DNA of 35,552 nt from an uncultured Collinsella sp. (GCA_900752475.1 CAADVJ010000129.1:1-35552); one strand, 5' to 3'. Numbered from the stretch's first letter, positions 9,047 to 18,130 are shown. The notes: generated by a model not told the origin, from the sequence alone. Translations and numbers: made by a program.

Positions 9047-9165
9047 GATTTGATAGTGGAGTCCTTATTTGCGCGTCATATCGCGTAGCGCTGACGCGCT
9101 GGTTTCCACAATGACAGGAGGTAAAAGTCCTCCCGCATCACCCGTTGGCAATCCCGTAGCGATAA

Positions 9166-9930
9166 CTAGCAAATAACCTGCGTGTGTTCCTCGATGGCGG
9201 CACGATCCTCGGCGGCGATGCCCGGCTCGCACACCACGGCGTCCAAATTGTCCAGGCGGCAGAAGGTGTAGAAGTCGCGCTTGCCGATCTTGCTGGAGTC
9301 GGCGATCAGATAGCGCGAGTCGGCCTTGCTAAAGGCGAGCTGCTGGATGCGGCCCTCTTCCATATTGGATGTAGACACGTCGCCGTCCAGAATGCCGTTG
9401 GCACCGATAAACGCCGCGTCGATGCCCAGCGCACGCAGGGTATCCTCGGCCGTTGGTCCCACAAAAGCGGCGGTGCGGCGACGGTACATGCCGCCCACCA
9501 GGCACAGGTCGCAGTCTTCGCGCGCCTCGAGCAGGTTAAACACCGAAAGCGAATTGGTCACAATGCGCAGGCGAAACGCCGGCAGCATCGAGGCCATCTG
9601 CTCAACCGTGGTGCCCGTGCCCAAAAAGATGGTCGAGCCTTCCTCGATAAGCTCCACAGAACGGCGCGCAATCTGCAACTTTTCCTCGGCATGCTTCGTG
9701 CGCTTTTCGCTGTGCGAATACTCATGGCGCAGCATAGCGTGTGGACGGCCCTGCGCACTGCGGGCTCCGCCGTGCACGCGCTCGATCTCGCCCAGGCTCG
9801 CAAGCTCCTCAAGGTCACGGCGGATCGTCATATCCGAGACACCTAACGCATCCGAAATCTCCTTGACCGAGACCGTTCCCTGTTCCTCGAGCAGCTGCCG
9901 AACCTTATCCTGTCGCTCCGCTTTAATCAC
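9166..9930 (-). CDS. lacR: DeoR/GlpR-family regulator, LacR-like
   Basis: VSDMTIRRDLEEL...RVHGGA HTH; IFLGTGTTVE, IVTNSL, ADSSKIG. GTG at 9930 with GAGG RBS preferred (track start 9957). Confidence 0.85.
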   Translation of the reverse strand: MIKAERQDKVRQLLEEQGTVSVKEISDALGVSDMTIRRDLEELASLGEIERVHGGARSAQGRPHAMLRHEYSHSEKRTKHAEEKLQIARRSVELIEEGSTIFLGTGTTVEQMASMLPAFRLRIVTNSLSVFNLLEAREDCDLCLVGGMYRRRTAAFVGPTAEDTLRALGIDAAFIGANGILDGDVSTSNMEEGRIQQLAFSKADSRYLIADSSKIGKRDFYTFCRLDNLDAVVCEPGIAAEDRAAIEEHTQVIC

Positions 9931-10135
9931 GATGAGTCCTCGCTGTTCCACGCTCACGTCAATTCAAACAATAACGAACAAATTGTATCAGACTCGCGCG
10001 CGTCAGAAATGAACGCCCGCACAGCTCCAATCATCACTTTTTTGAGAAAAATACCCCCTGCTTTAGTGGGGTGTAGTGATAATCTCGCCTGTTCGCGCTA
10101 CAGTTTGTCGGAAATACCTCGATGTTAGGAACCAA

Positions 10136-11188
10136 ATGATCACTTCCGAGCTTTTCGGCACCGCGCCGTGCGGTACCCCCGTTCATCGTTACACCCTCAA
10201 CGGGCCCGAGATCTGCGTTCGCATTATGGACTATGGCGCCACCGTGCTTGGTGTCGACGTGCCCGACATTCCCGGCAACGTGCGCGATGTGGTGCTGGGC
10301 TTCGATATGCTCGAGGATTACTTTGACAATCCCGCCTGCTTTGGCGCGACCATCGGCCCCGTGGCCAACCGCACTGCGGGTGCCACGATCACCATCGGCG
10401 GCACGGACTGGCATATGCCCACCAACGAGGGTGTCAACAACCTGCACAGCGATCTTGAGCACGGCCTGCACAAGCGCGTATGGGATGTTGAGCTCGACGA
10501 GGTCCACAATGCCGTTCGCATGACCACCTCGCTTGAGGACGGTGAGCTGGGCCTTCCCGGCAACCGCACCTTTACGGCCGTGTTTACCGTGACGCGCACC
10601 GGCTGCTTCCGTATCGAATATGGCTGTGAGAGCGACCGCGCCACGTACGTGTCCATGACCAACCACACGTACTTTAACCTTGCCGGTCACAACGCCGGCA
10701 TGGACTGTGAGCACTTCTTTGTTGCTAACGCTGCCCACTACCTGCCCATCAACGAGCAGAATATCCCCACCGGAGAGATCGCTCCGGTCGAGGGCACGCC
10801 GTTTGACTTCCGCGAGCTGCGTCCCGTCGCACCCGGTATGGAGGCCGACGACCCGCAGATCAAGCAGGCGCGCGGCTACGATCACTGCCTGTGCATCGAT
10901 GGATATCAGTACGGCCGCAACCTGCGCCGCGCCCTGCACGTCGAGGAGATGTGGACCGGCCGTGAGCTGGACTATTACACCACTGCCCCGGGCGTTCAGC
11001 TCTACACCGGCAACTGGCTGGGCGACGAACACGCCAAAGACGACGCCAACTATGGTTGGGGTGCCGGCTTTGCCCTCGAGGCCGAGATGTACCCCGACAC
11101 GCCGCACCAGCCGCTGTTCCCGCAGGGCATTGTGGGCCCGGGTCACCCCTACAGCAATGTGATCGAATACCACTTTATGAGGCACTAA
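10136..11188 (+). CDS. galM: Aldose 1-epimerase (galactose mutarotase)
   Basis: DVVLGFD, FGATIGPVANR, TNHTYFNL, GTPFDFR, GYDHC, PGVQLYTGN; ATG 10136 with TAGGA RBS. Confidence 0.9.
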   Translation: MITSELFGTAPCGTPVHRYTLNGPEICVRIMDYGATVLGVDVPDIPGNVRDVVLGFDMLEDYFDNPACFGATIGPVANRTAGATITIGGTDWHMPTNEGVNNLHSDLEHGLHKRVWDVELDEVHNAVRMTTSLEDGELGLPGNRTFTAVFTVTRTGCFRIEYGCESDRATYVSMTNHTYFNLAGHNAGMDCEHFFVANAAHYLPINEQNIPTGEIAPVEGTPFDFRELRPVAPGMEADDPQIKQARGYDHCLCIDGYQYGRNLRRALHVEEMWTGRELDYYTTAPGVQLYTGNWLGDEHAKDDANYGWGAGFALEAEMYPDTPHQPLFPQGIVGPGHPYSNVIEYHFMRH

Positions 11189-11272
11189 GCCCACAGCGCA
11201 ACATACCGCACAGCAGCGCCCGCCAGCACCACCGCCGACGGGCGTTTTGCTGCCTAGTCATTGGGGACGTTC

Positions 11273-11752
11273 TTAAATGACTAGCTGGATGGGGTCAGGA
11301 TTGGAGCTGGGGAGATAGCGGATTTCTAGTTCTATGCCGAGCTTTTGCAGCTCTTTGAGGGCGGCGATGTCCGCATCGTCTATGGCGACCGCGGGCGTTA
11401 CAGAGCGTTTGCCCTCCCCTGCCTGCATATGGCCAATGCTGATCTTGGTGATCGGCACGCCACCCTTAACCAGCGCGAGTGCATCGGCGGGTGAGGCCAC
11501 CATGATCAGAATCCATTGACGCAGCGTTGCGGTATGAATGATGTCGATAGTCCTTTGCACCGAGAAAAACCGTGTCCAAACGCCTTCTGGCGCCGCCACC
11601 CTCATAGGGGCCCATTGGCGCGAATCCGCGGCAATCTCGTCGTTGACGATCAGGACAAGATTGGAACCAGTCGCCTCATTCCACAGCTCAACGTCTTGCC
11701 CGTAAATAAACCGGTCATCGATGCGTGTGAGAAGAATCTTGGGTTGAGCCAT
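11273..11752 (-). CDS. Orphan mannose/sorbose-family PTS EIIB paralog (AgaV-like) lacking the catalytic His
   Basis: Colinear with 21011..21493 along its length; motif RIDDRFIYGQD vs RIDNRLVHGQV. Confidence 0.85.
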   Translation of the reverse strand: MAQPKILLTRIDDRFIYGQDVELWNEATGSNLVLIVNDEIAADSRQWAPMRVAAPEGVWTRFFSVQRTIDIIHTATLRQWILIMVASPADALALVKGGVPITKISIGHMQAGEGKRSVTPAVAIDDADIAALKELQKLGIELEIRYLPSSNPDPIQLVI

Positions 11753-11841
11753 CGCTGCCCCATTCTCTTTGAGACCCGTAAGAGCAAGACATCACGTCTC
11801 CAATATTAGTGCATTTAAAGTGAGAAAAGCCGTCAGAACCC

Positions 11842-11870
11842 TTGCGCGGATGTGCGATGTCCCGTATCAT
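11842..11870 (+). promoter_or_regulatory. sigma70-type promoter for the tRNA
   Basis: TTGCGC-17 nt-TATCAT, ~40 nt upstream of the tRNA. Confidence 0.6.
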
Positions 11871-11909
11871 AGACAGCCGTTGACGCCTCAGTTGCGTCAT
11901 CACATGGCC

Positions 11910-11985
11910 GCCAGCGTAGCTCAGTTGGTAGAGCACCGCTCTCGTAAAGCGGGGGTCACCGGTTCGAGCCCGGTCGCTGGCTCCA
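11910..11985 (+). tRNA. tRNA-Thr (anticodon CGT)
   Basis: Acceptor GCCAGCG/CGCTGGC + T + CCA; D-arm GCTCAGTTGGTAGAGC; anticodon arm CCGCT-CTCGTAA-AGCGG; T-loop GGTTCGAGCC; 76 nt. Confidence 0.97.
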
Positions 11986-11996
11986 TTGCACAAGAT

Positions 11997-12020
11997 AGCC
12001 GCCTTCGGGCGGCTTTTTTG
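11997..12020 (+). terminator. tRNA terminator
   Basis: AGCCGCC-TTCG-GGCGGCT followed by a T-run. Confidence 0.9.
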
Positions 12021-12190
12021 TTGCCGATTTATCGCACAATGCCAATCCAAGCACAACGCCGCCGGCAACTCCCCTACTCAACAAAAAGCCCCGCCAACCG
12101 CAATCCCCAAAGGAACCGCGATCAGCGGGACCCAAGCGCGCTCCCCCAAGGGTAACGCTCGCAAAACGAACAGCTCAGCCGAGCGGCTCG

Positions 12191-12664
12191 TTACTCCTCC
12201 CAGTAAGCGTCTGCAAGCAGCTTAAAGCAGATCTTCTTGACCGGCTGCGCGCCATCGCCCGGGAACTCGAGCGTGGGCATGTGAGGCTCGCCGGCAACAA
12301 ACAGCGCGAACTTGTCGTCAGCAAGATCGCCGGCGATCGAGGCGTCGGAATCGACCAGATCGTAGTCGTCCTTCTCGTCAAACTCCTGAACCAGCGTCAG
12401 GCTGCCCGTGGCAACCTTAAAGGCCTCGCGACCCTCGACGTCGATCTGCAGGTCGTGATAGCGCTGATGCGTCTCATAGTGAGCCTCGGCCTCGGGACGC
12501 GTCGTGGGAGCCATGACGTTCGCATAGACCTTGTCGCCCAGAACCGGATGGCTGCCGACCTCGAGCTGCGCCGGATCGTTCTCCTCGAGCCAGTCGATCA
12601 GCACGTCGAGGCCCTTGAGCATTCCGCGGTATTCCTCGATATCGCCCAATGCACCGTAAATCAT
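12191..12664 (-). CDS. YhcH/YjgK/YiaL family protein (NanQ-like sugar anomerase/cupin)
   Basis: YETHQRYHDLQI..EGRE, FVAGEPHMP, VKKICFK motifs. Confidence 0.85.
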   Translation of the reverse strand: MIYGALGDIEEYRGMLKGLDVLIDWLEENDPAQLEVGSHPVLGDKVYANVMAPTTRPEAEAHYETHQRYHDLQIDVEGREAFKVATGSLTLVQEFDEKDDYDLVDSDASIAGDLADDKFALFVAGEPHMPTLEFPGDGAQPVKKICFKLLADAYWEE

Positions 12665-12696
12665 CTAAATCCCCTTTCGGATCGTTTCTTTGGCGG

Positions 12697-12819
12697 CTAC
12701 TCGGTAAACGCGTTACCGACGCTGTTGCCACCCACATACGTCTCGACCAGGGTAAGGTCGGGATTGAACACGACATACCCGGCGTCGCGCCCCGTCATAA
12801 TGCTACCGCACTTGTCGTC
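12697..12819 (-). pseudogene. Diverged remnant of the last 40 codons of nagA
   Basis: Translates DDKCGSIMTGRDAGYVVFNPDLTLVETYVGGNSVGNAFTE* vs nagA end EDKCGSIMPGRDADFVVFDHELTLVETYVGGQSVGNAFTE*. Confidence 0.92.
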
Positions 12820-12868
12820 GGCTCTAGCCACAAGCAAACAACCGATGCCGGGGCCGCGGCACAAGCTC

Positions 12869-13804
12869 CTACAGCTCGGTCACGACAACGCCGTTGTAAA
12901 CCTCGTCCCAACGATCCATAACCAAGTGGCCAGTCATGGGATCCATGGCATTGAGCTTGCCGCAGGTGTTGGCGGTACGCAGTACCGTCTCGTCGTCTGC
13001 GCCAGCAGCGATGGCATGTGCGAAGCCTGCGATAGTGGAGTCACCAGAGCCCGTGGCGTTAACGGCGGGGATATCGGGGGTCTTGGCGCGGAACGCACGG
13101 CCGTTATGGAAACCAACGGAGCCGGCAGCGCCCATGGATACGACGACCCAGGGGATATCGGAGAAGCGGGCGTCAGAGGCGAGCGCGGAACGGAGCTCGT
13201 CCACATCGTCGGTGGTAAAGCTCGTGCCCAGAAGGCCGTTAATTTCGGTCAGGTTAGGCTTAACCAGCTCAGGCTTGACCTCGGACTTGAGCGCAGCCTC
13301 GAGCGAGGCGCCCGAGGTATCGAGCAGCACCTTGGCGCCGGCGTTCTCTGCAATGCCCGTGATCTTGGCGTAGTAGTCTGCCTCGACACCGCGGGGCAGA
13401 GAACCCGAAATGGTGACGACGTCGGCCTTGCTCGCAAGCTCGGTAAACTTGGCGGTAAAGGCATCGAGCTCCTCGGGGGCAATCGTCGGGCCGCTCTCGA
13501 GCAGCTCGGTCTGGTTGCCGGCGTGGAGGATGTTGAGGCAAATACGAGTCTCGCCCTTGATGGGTACAAAATCATTCTTAATGCCGTTGGCATCCATGAG
13601 CTCAGCCATGTAGGCGCCCATGTGGCCGCCGAGCAGACCGGTCGCCACAACGTCGTCGCCCAGCTGACCCAGCACACGGGCCACGTTGAGGCCCTTGCCG
13701 CCAGCGGTCTTTTCGGGCGTCACACGGTTGACGTCGTCGATAACGAGCTCATCGAGCTGATAGCGCGTATCGACAGACGGGTTCATCGTAACGGTGAGGA
13801 TCAT
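12869..13804 (-). CDS. lacC: Tagatose-6-phosphate kinase / 1-phosphofructokinase-family hexose kinase
   Basis: MILTVTMNPSVD, AGGKGLNVARV, KPNLTE, VNATGSGDSTIAG PfkB signatures; aga/lac context. Confidence 0.85.
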   Translation of the reverse strand: MILTVTMNPSVDTRYQLDELVIDDVNRVTPEKTAGGKGLNVARVLGQLGDDVVATGLLGGHMGAYMAELMDANGIKNDFVPIKGETRICLNILHAGNQTELLESGPTIAPEELDAFTAKFTELASKADVVTISGSLPRGVEADYYAKITGIAENAGAKVLLDTSGASLEAALKSEVKPELVKPNLTEINGLLGTSFTTDDVDELRSALASDARFSDIPWVVVSMGAAGSVGFHNGRAFRAKTPDIPAVNATGSGDSTIAGFAHAIAAGADDETVLRTANTCGKLNAMDPMTGHLVMDRWDEVYNGVVVTEL

Positions 13805-13863
13805 TTTTAGCTCCTTATCTCGCAGGCTCCTTGTGCCTCGCGATACGAGTCGACAAAACGGAA

Positions 13864-14745
13864 TTACAGGATCTCAATCGTGAACGAGCGAACGACGGTC
13901 TCCTTGGGCTTGGCGACAAGGCAGCCGCGCTTATGCTCAAGCACGTCGTCCTCATCGGAGCAGGTCGAAAGGCCGCCCCAAGGCTCAACCGCCACAAAAT
14001 CGCCCTCGGGCTTGCTCCACACAATGAGATATGGGAAGCCCTCAAAGCTCAGGCGGACGCCCTTGTCCTCGCCCTTTTTGGAAAGCGTGACCTGACGGCT
14101 CTCGAGCACGTCAAAGATGGTCTCCGCAAAATCGAAGAGCTCGTGCGACAGGGGCAGCGTCTTTCCCACCATGGGGTTCTTGGAGCGATTGGTAACGTCA
14201 ATCAAGCCAGTCGAAGGGACAGCGGTGCAGAGCTCCGCAGCCTCGTCCTTCTCAAAGCGCAGCTCGTAGTCCGTATAGGCCTCGCCCTCATCGAGCGGAC
14301 ACCTAAAGCCGGGATGACCGCCAATAAAGAACGGCATGTCCTCGGTGCCCTCGTTGGTGACCTCGTAGGAAACGCGCACGGCAGCGTCCTCGAGCGTATA
14401 GCGGGCGACAAGCTTAAACGGATACGGATAATCGCTCAGCAGCGCGGCGTTATCCTCCGAAGCCAGGCACATCGCCAGCTCGTTCTCGCTCAGGCTCAGC
14501 AGCTTCCACTCCTGTTTGCGCGCAAACCCATGGCGAGCGAGCTTTACATGATGCCCGGCAAACGTCATGGCGTTGTTATCGCGCAAGCCTCCGCAAATCG
14601 GGAAGCAAATCGGTGCCTGGCCGGACCACACGGCGGGATCGCCCTGCCACAAATACTCGCGACCTCCGGCCTCGATCGAGGTAAACGAACCACCAGCCGT
14701 GGACACCTTAATAGAAATCGAATCGTTGGAGAGAGCGTATTCCAT
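13864..14745 (-). CDS. lacX: Aldose 1-epimerase family protein, LacX-like
   Basis: EYLWQGDPAVWSGQAPICFPICG, RHGFAR, IGGHPGF, FVAVEPW; ATG 14745 with AAAGGA RBS. Confidence 0.8.
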   Translation of the reverse strand: MEYALSNDSISIKVSTAGGSFTSIEAGGREYLWQGDPAVWSGQAPICFPICGGLRDNNAMTFAGHHVKLARHGFARKQEWKLLSLSENELAMCLASEDNAALLSDYPYPFKLVARYTLEDAAVRVSYEVTNEGTEDMPFFIGGHPGFRCPLDEGEAYTDYELRFEKDEAAELCTAVPSTGLIDVTNRSKNPMVGKTLPLSHELFDFAETIFDVLESRQVTLSKKGEDKGVRLSFEGFPYLIVWSKPEGDFVAVEPWGGLSTCSDEDDVLEHKRGCLVAKPKETVVRSFTIEIL

Positions 14746-14902
14746 TGCCCATCCTTTCGAACAACTGCTTTTTGCTCGCAAGCACCCGTCTCGGCCCTAA
14801 CCAAAGGACAAACCCGCACGTTCATCGATGCGTACGGTATCCCAGCCATGTAACGGGGGTACCATACAGACATTGATGCAATTACAGCTGAAAGGCCTTC
14901 TT

Positions 14903-15487
14903 ATGCGAACCATCATCCTCTACGCCTCGCGCCATCACGGCAATACGAAAAAGCTCGTGGACGCCATCGTCGAGGCACACCCCGAGATCGATACCCTCGA
15001 CGTCAAGGCACTCGGTAAAAACGAGTATCCCAACCTGCACGAATATCATCTGATCGGTGTCGCCACGGGCATCTATTACTCCGAGATCGACAAGGACATG
15101 GCACGAGTGCTCACGAACGTGCTGCAGCCGCAGGACAAGGTGTTTGGCCTTATGACCTACGGTGGCAAAAACAAGTGGTACGGCAAGGATATCGATGGCA
15201 TCTGCCGCATGAGGCAGGCCATCTTTATGGGTGTCTACGGCTGCCCCGGCTTTGATACGTGGGGGCCGTTCAAACTCGCCGGCGGTGTCCAAAAGGGACA
15301 CCCGACCGCTGAGGAAATTAAGGGCGCCGTCGACTTCTTCGACAAGATCGAAGACGAGTATGGCGACATCATCGTCGAAGAATACGCCAAGCGCGAGAAG
15401 CGCCTAGCATACGAGAAGGAGCATCCTGCAGGAGGCCTGGTGGCCGGCGTCAAGCGCACGGCAAAGAAGATCGCTAACAAGCTGTAA
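14903..15487 (+). CDS. Flavodoxin-family protein
   Basis: IILYASRHHGNTKKL FMN-loop; CPGFDTWGPFKLAGG..KGHP; ATG 14903 with AAAGG RBS. Confidence 0.8.
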   Translation: MRTIILYASRHHGNTKKLVDAIVEAHPEIDTLDVKALGKNEYPNLHEYHLIGVATGIYYSEIDKDMARVLTNVLQPQDKVFGLMTYGGKNKWYGKDIDGICRMRQAIFMGVYGCPGFDTWGPFKLAGGVQKGHPTAEEIKGAVDFFDKIEDEYGDIIVEEYAKREKRLAYEKEHPAGGLVAGVKRTAKKIANKL

Positions 15488-15518
15488 CTGTGAAGATGCT
15501 TTTGAGCGTTTAACCCAT

Positions 15519-15558
15519 ACGGCGGGTCCGAGCAGATTCGGGCCCGCCGTCTTTTTCT
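15519..15558. terminator. Terminator between the convergent flavodoxin and nagA genes
   Basis: ACGGCGGGTCCGA / TCGGGCCCGCCGT stem followed by CTTTTT. Confidence 0.8.
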
Positions 15559-15562
15559 ATCG

Positions 15563-16732
15563 TTACTCGGTAAAGGCGTTGCCGACGCTCTGGCCGCCAA
15601 CATACGTCTCGACGAGGGTAAGCTCATGGTCGAACACGACAAAGTCGGCGTCGCGACCCGGCATGATGCTGCCGCACTTATCCTCGATGTGCGCGGAGCG
15701 TGCCGGCACCTCGGTTGCCATGCGAATGGCGATATCGGCGCTGGCGATGCCCCAGTCAACGATGTTCTTGACGCCCTGGGCAAGCGTGAGCACCGAGCCG
15801 GCAATGCTCTTGCCGTCGGCGAGCCAGCACAGGTTGTCCTTCATGATGACGTCCATGCCACCACTGGTGTAGCTGCCCTCGGGCATGCCGCCGCAGCCCA
15901 GGCAGTCAGTGATGAGCACCGTGTGTTGCCAGCCCTTTGCCTGCAGCAGCGCCTTGATGGCGGCAGGGTTAACGTGCTTGCCGTCACAGATGATCTCGGC
16001 GTAGGTCTCGGGCGTGGACATGGCAGCGCCCACGACACCGGGCTCACGGTGATGCAGCCCGCGCTGACCGTTATAGGTATGCGTAAAGCAGCTGGCACCG
16101 GCGTTGATGGCGGCGATGCACTCATCGTAGGTGGCGTCGGAGTGACCGATGCTGGTCACCACACCCTTGGCATTCAGAGCAGCCGCATAAGCAGCGGCAC
16201 CGTCGCGCTCGGCCGCCATGGCGCTCTTGACGATGCGACCACCCGCAGCCTCCTGCCACTGATCGAAGACCTCCTCGGAGGGATCGATCAGGTAAGCGGG
16301 GTTCTGCGCGCCCACGTGCTTCATGGTAAAGAAGGGGCCCTCCAGGTAGATGCCCTGAATGCGGGCACCGCAGAAGTCGGGGCCGCGACCCTCGTCCGCC
16401 TGAGCGATGGCGGCGCAGGCGTCCTTGATCTGCTCGACGCCGTCGGTGAACGTCGTGGGCAGCCAGCTGGTGGTGCCGCGACGGGCGAGCTCGGTCGAGC
16501 TGATATCGATGCCCTCGGGATCGTTATCGGTAGTTGAGTGGTTGTAGAAGCCATGGATGTGAGTATCGACCATACCCGGTGCGATCCACGATCCCGTGTA
16601 GTCCTTAATCTCGCAAGAGGGCTCGTCGGCCTGCCAGGCGCCAAAGACGCCATCCTCGACCATAAGATAGCCGCCCAGTTGCGGGCCTGCCGGCAAGAAG
16701 AACTTGTCAGCCTTAATTGCGTACGTGCTCAT
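15563..16732 (-). CDS. nagA: N-acetylglucosamine/N-acetylgalactosamine-6-phosphate deacetylase
   Basis: PGMVDTHIHG, GIYLEGPF, GHSDAT, THTYN, ICDGKHV, LITD, IAGS; ATG 16732 with AAGGAG RBS. Confidence 0.92.
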   Translation of the reverse strand: MSTYAIKADKFFLPAGPQLGGYLMVEDGVFGAWQADEPSCEIKDYTGSWIAPGMVDTHIHGFYNHSTTDNDPEGIDISSTELARRGTTSWLPTTFTDGVEQIKDACAAIAQADEGRGPDFCGARIQGIYLEGPFFTMKHVGAQNPAYLIDPSEEVFDQWQEAAGGRIVKSAMAAERDGAAAYAAALNAKGVVTSIGHSDATYDECIAAINAGASCFTHTYNGQRGLHHREPGVVGAAMSTPETYAEIICDGKHVNPAAIKALLQAKGWQHTVLITDCLGCGGMPEGSYTSGGMDVIMKDNLCWLADGKSIAGSVLTLAQGVKNIVDWGIASADIAIRMATEVPARSAHIEDKCGSIMPGRDADFVVFDHELTLVETYVGGQSVGNAFTE

Positions 16733-16794
16733 ATGCACTCCTTGCTTCTAAAGCAGTTGACCGTAGTGATGCTTATACCCAGCTCACGTAAAAC

Positions 16795-16831
16795 AAAAAG
16801 CGCCCGCCCGCCGTTATGAGCGGACGGGCGC
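16795..16831 (-). terminator. Terminator after agaS
   Basis: GC-rich stem (16800-16811 / 16820-16831) with A5 on the plus strand (U-tail on minus). Confidence 0.7.
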
Positions 16832-16849
16832 CCTTACAGGGGGACGCGA

Positions 16850-18016
16850 TTAAGCGGTGAAGGGATGAATCGTCACGCCCTTAACCACGCGGTTGACCGT
16901 GCCGGTGGGGCTCGGCGTATCGGGCGTGTTGCCCACGCGCACGGAGTTGAGCAGGCTGATAGCCTGGGCAAACATCACGAACGGCAGAGCAAGGTAGCCC
17001 TCGGGAAGTGCCTCGTAGCCCTTAAAGGTGAAGGACTCACCCTCATAGACGGTAGCACCTTCCTGCTGAACGGCGATGGTGTGCTGAGCGATTTCGTCGC
17101 CACCGATCTCGTTGAGGATGTCGATGTCGTACTGACGGGTGTAGGCGTCGTTGTTGACGAACACGAAGACGAGCGTCTTATCGTCGACGAAGGACTTAGG
17201 TCCGTGACGATAGCCCATAGAGGTGTCGTAGGAAGTAGCGACCAGACCGTGAGCGAGCTCAAGGATCTTGAGCTGGCTCTCCTGGGCAAGGCCACCGAAG
17301 GAGCCAGAACCCAAGTAGGTCACGCGGTTAAAGTCGCCAGCCAGGTAATCGGCGATCTCGGGCTCACGGGAGATGACCTCCTCGCCCATCTTGGCGATGG
17401 TCTCGACCCACTCGGCCTTCTGCTCGTCAGAAGCAGTGTCAAAAATAAGGGTGGAGAGCAGGGTCATGCAGGAGTAAGAACCGGTCATGGCGAAGCCCTT
17501 GTCGTTGGCGCGCGGAATGAGCAGCGTCAGCGCGTTGGGATCATCGGCAGACTCGACGGCGAGCTTGCCCTCGGGAGCGCAGGTGATGTTGAGGAACTTG
17601 ACGTTGTGGACGAGCTCCTTGGCAACGGCAACGGCGGCAAGGCTCTCGGGGCTGTTGCCAGAGCGGGCAAAGGAAACCACGAGCGTGGGATCCTCGGCGC
17701 GCAGGAAGTCGCGCGGGGCGCTCACGATGTCGGTCGTGGCGATGGGCTTAAAGTCGTAGAGATCAGTGTTGCCAGCGTGACGCAGGTACGGGGCGCAGGT
17801 ATCGCCAACGTAGTCGGACGTACCGGCACCGGTGAAGACAACGGACAGACGACCCTCGCCCATAGCGCGAGCCTCGGCCAGGAAGGCCTCGATGGCCTCC
17901 TTGTTCTCGCGATAGATGTTGAGCGTATCACGCCAAAGCTCGGGCTGCTGAGCAATCTCGGCCGTGGTGATCTGGGCGCCGAGCTCGGTGAGCTCCTCGA
18001 CACTCTTCTCGAACAT
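16850..18016 (-). CDS. agaS: SIS-domain galactosamine-6-phosphate deaminase/isomerase
   Basis: TTAEIAQQPELW, FTGAGTSDYVG, VSFARSGNSPES, GFAMTGSY, GYRHGPKS, PDTPSPTGTVNRVVKGVTIH. Confidence 0.9.
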   Translation of the reverse strand: MFEKSVEELTELGAQITTAEIAQQPELWRDTLNIYRENKEAIEAFLAEARAMGEGRLSVVFTGAGTSDYVGDTCAPYLRHAGNTDLYDFKPIATTDIVSAPRDFLRAEDPTLVVSFARSGNSPESLAAVAVAKELVHNVKFLNITCAPEGKLAVESADDPNALTLLIPRANDKGFAMTGSYSCMTLLSTLIFDTASDEQKAEWVETIAKMGEEVISREPEIADYLAGDFNRVTYLGSGSFGGLAQESQLKILELAHGLVATSYDTSMGYRHGPKSFVDDKTLVFVFVNNDAYTRQYDIDILNEIGGDEIAQHTIAVQQEGATVYEGESFTFKGYEALPEGYLALPFVMFAQAISLLNSVRVGNTPDTPSPTGTVNRVVKGVTIHPFTA

Positions 18017-18077
18017 TTCTAATACCTCTCTCTAGAAGTAATCCTCTGACGTGCAATTATACACTTCGATTGGTTAT

Positions 18078-18091
18078 CTGGTAGTAACCAG
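18078..18091. promoter_or_regulatory. Candidate operator of the aga GntR regulator, upstream of agaS
   Basis: CTGGT-AGTA-ACCAG palindrome; identical 13-mer CTGGTAGTAACCA at 22371-22383; TATAAT on minus strand at 18056-18061. Confidence 0.7.
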
Positions 18092-18130
18092 TTAAATGCA
18101 AAGAATCATCATATGGAAACGATGCGAACA

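Noticed and set aside
10050..10080. ACCCCCTGCTTTAGTGGGGTGTAGTGA resembling an IS200/IS605 end hairpin
   Set aside because: Weak short stem, no tnpA/tnpB remnant; equally explained as part of the lacR/galM divergent promoter
11910..11985. tRNA-Thr as the integration site for the sugar region
   Set aside because: No duplicate of the tRNA 3' end and no integrase seen in the window
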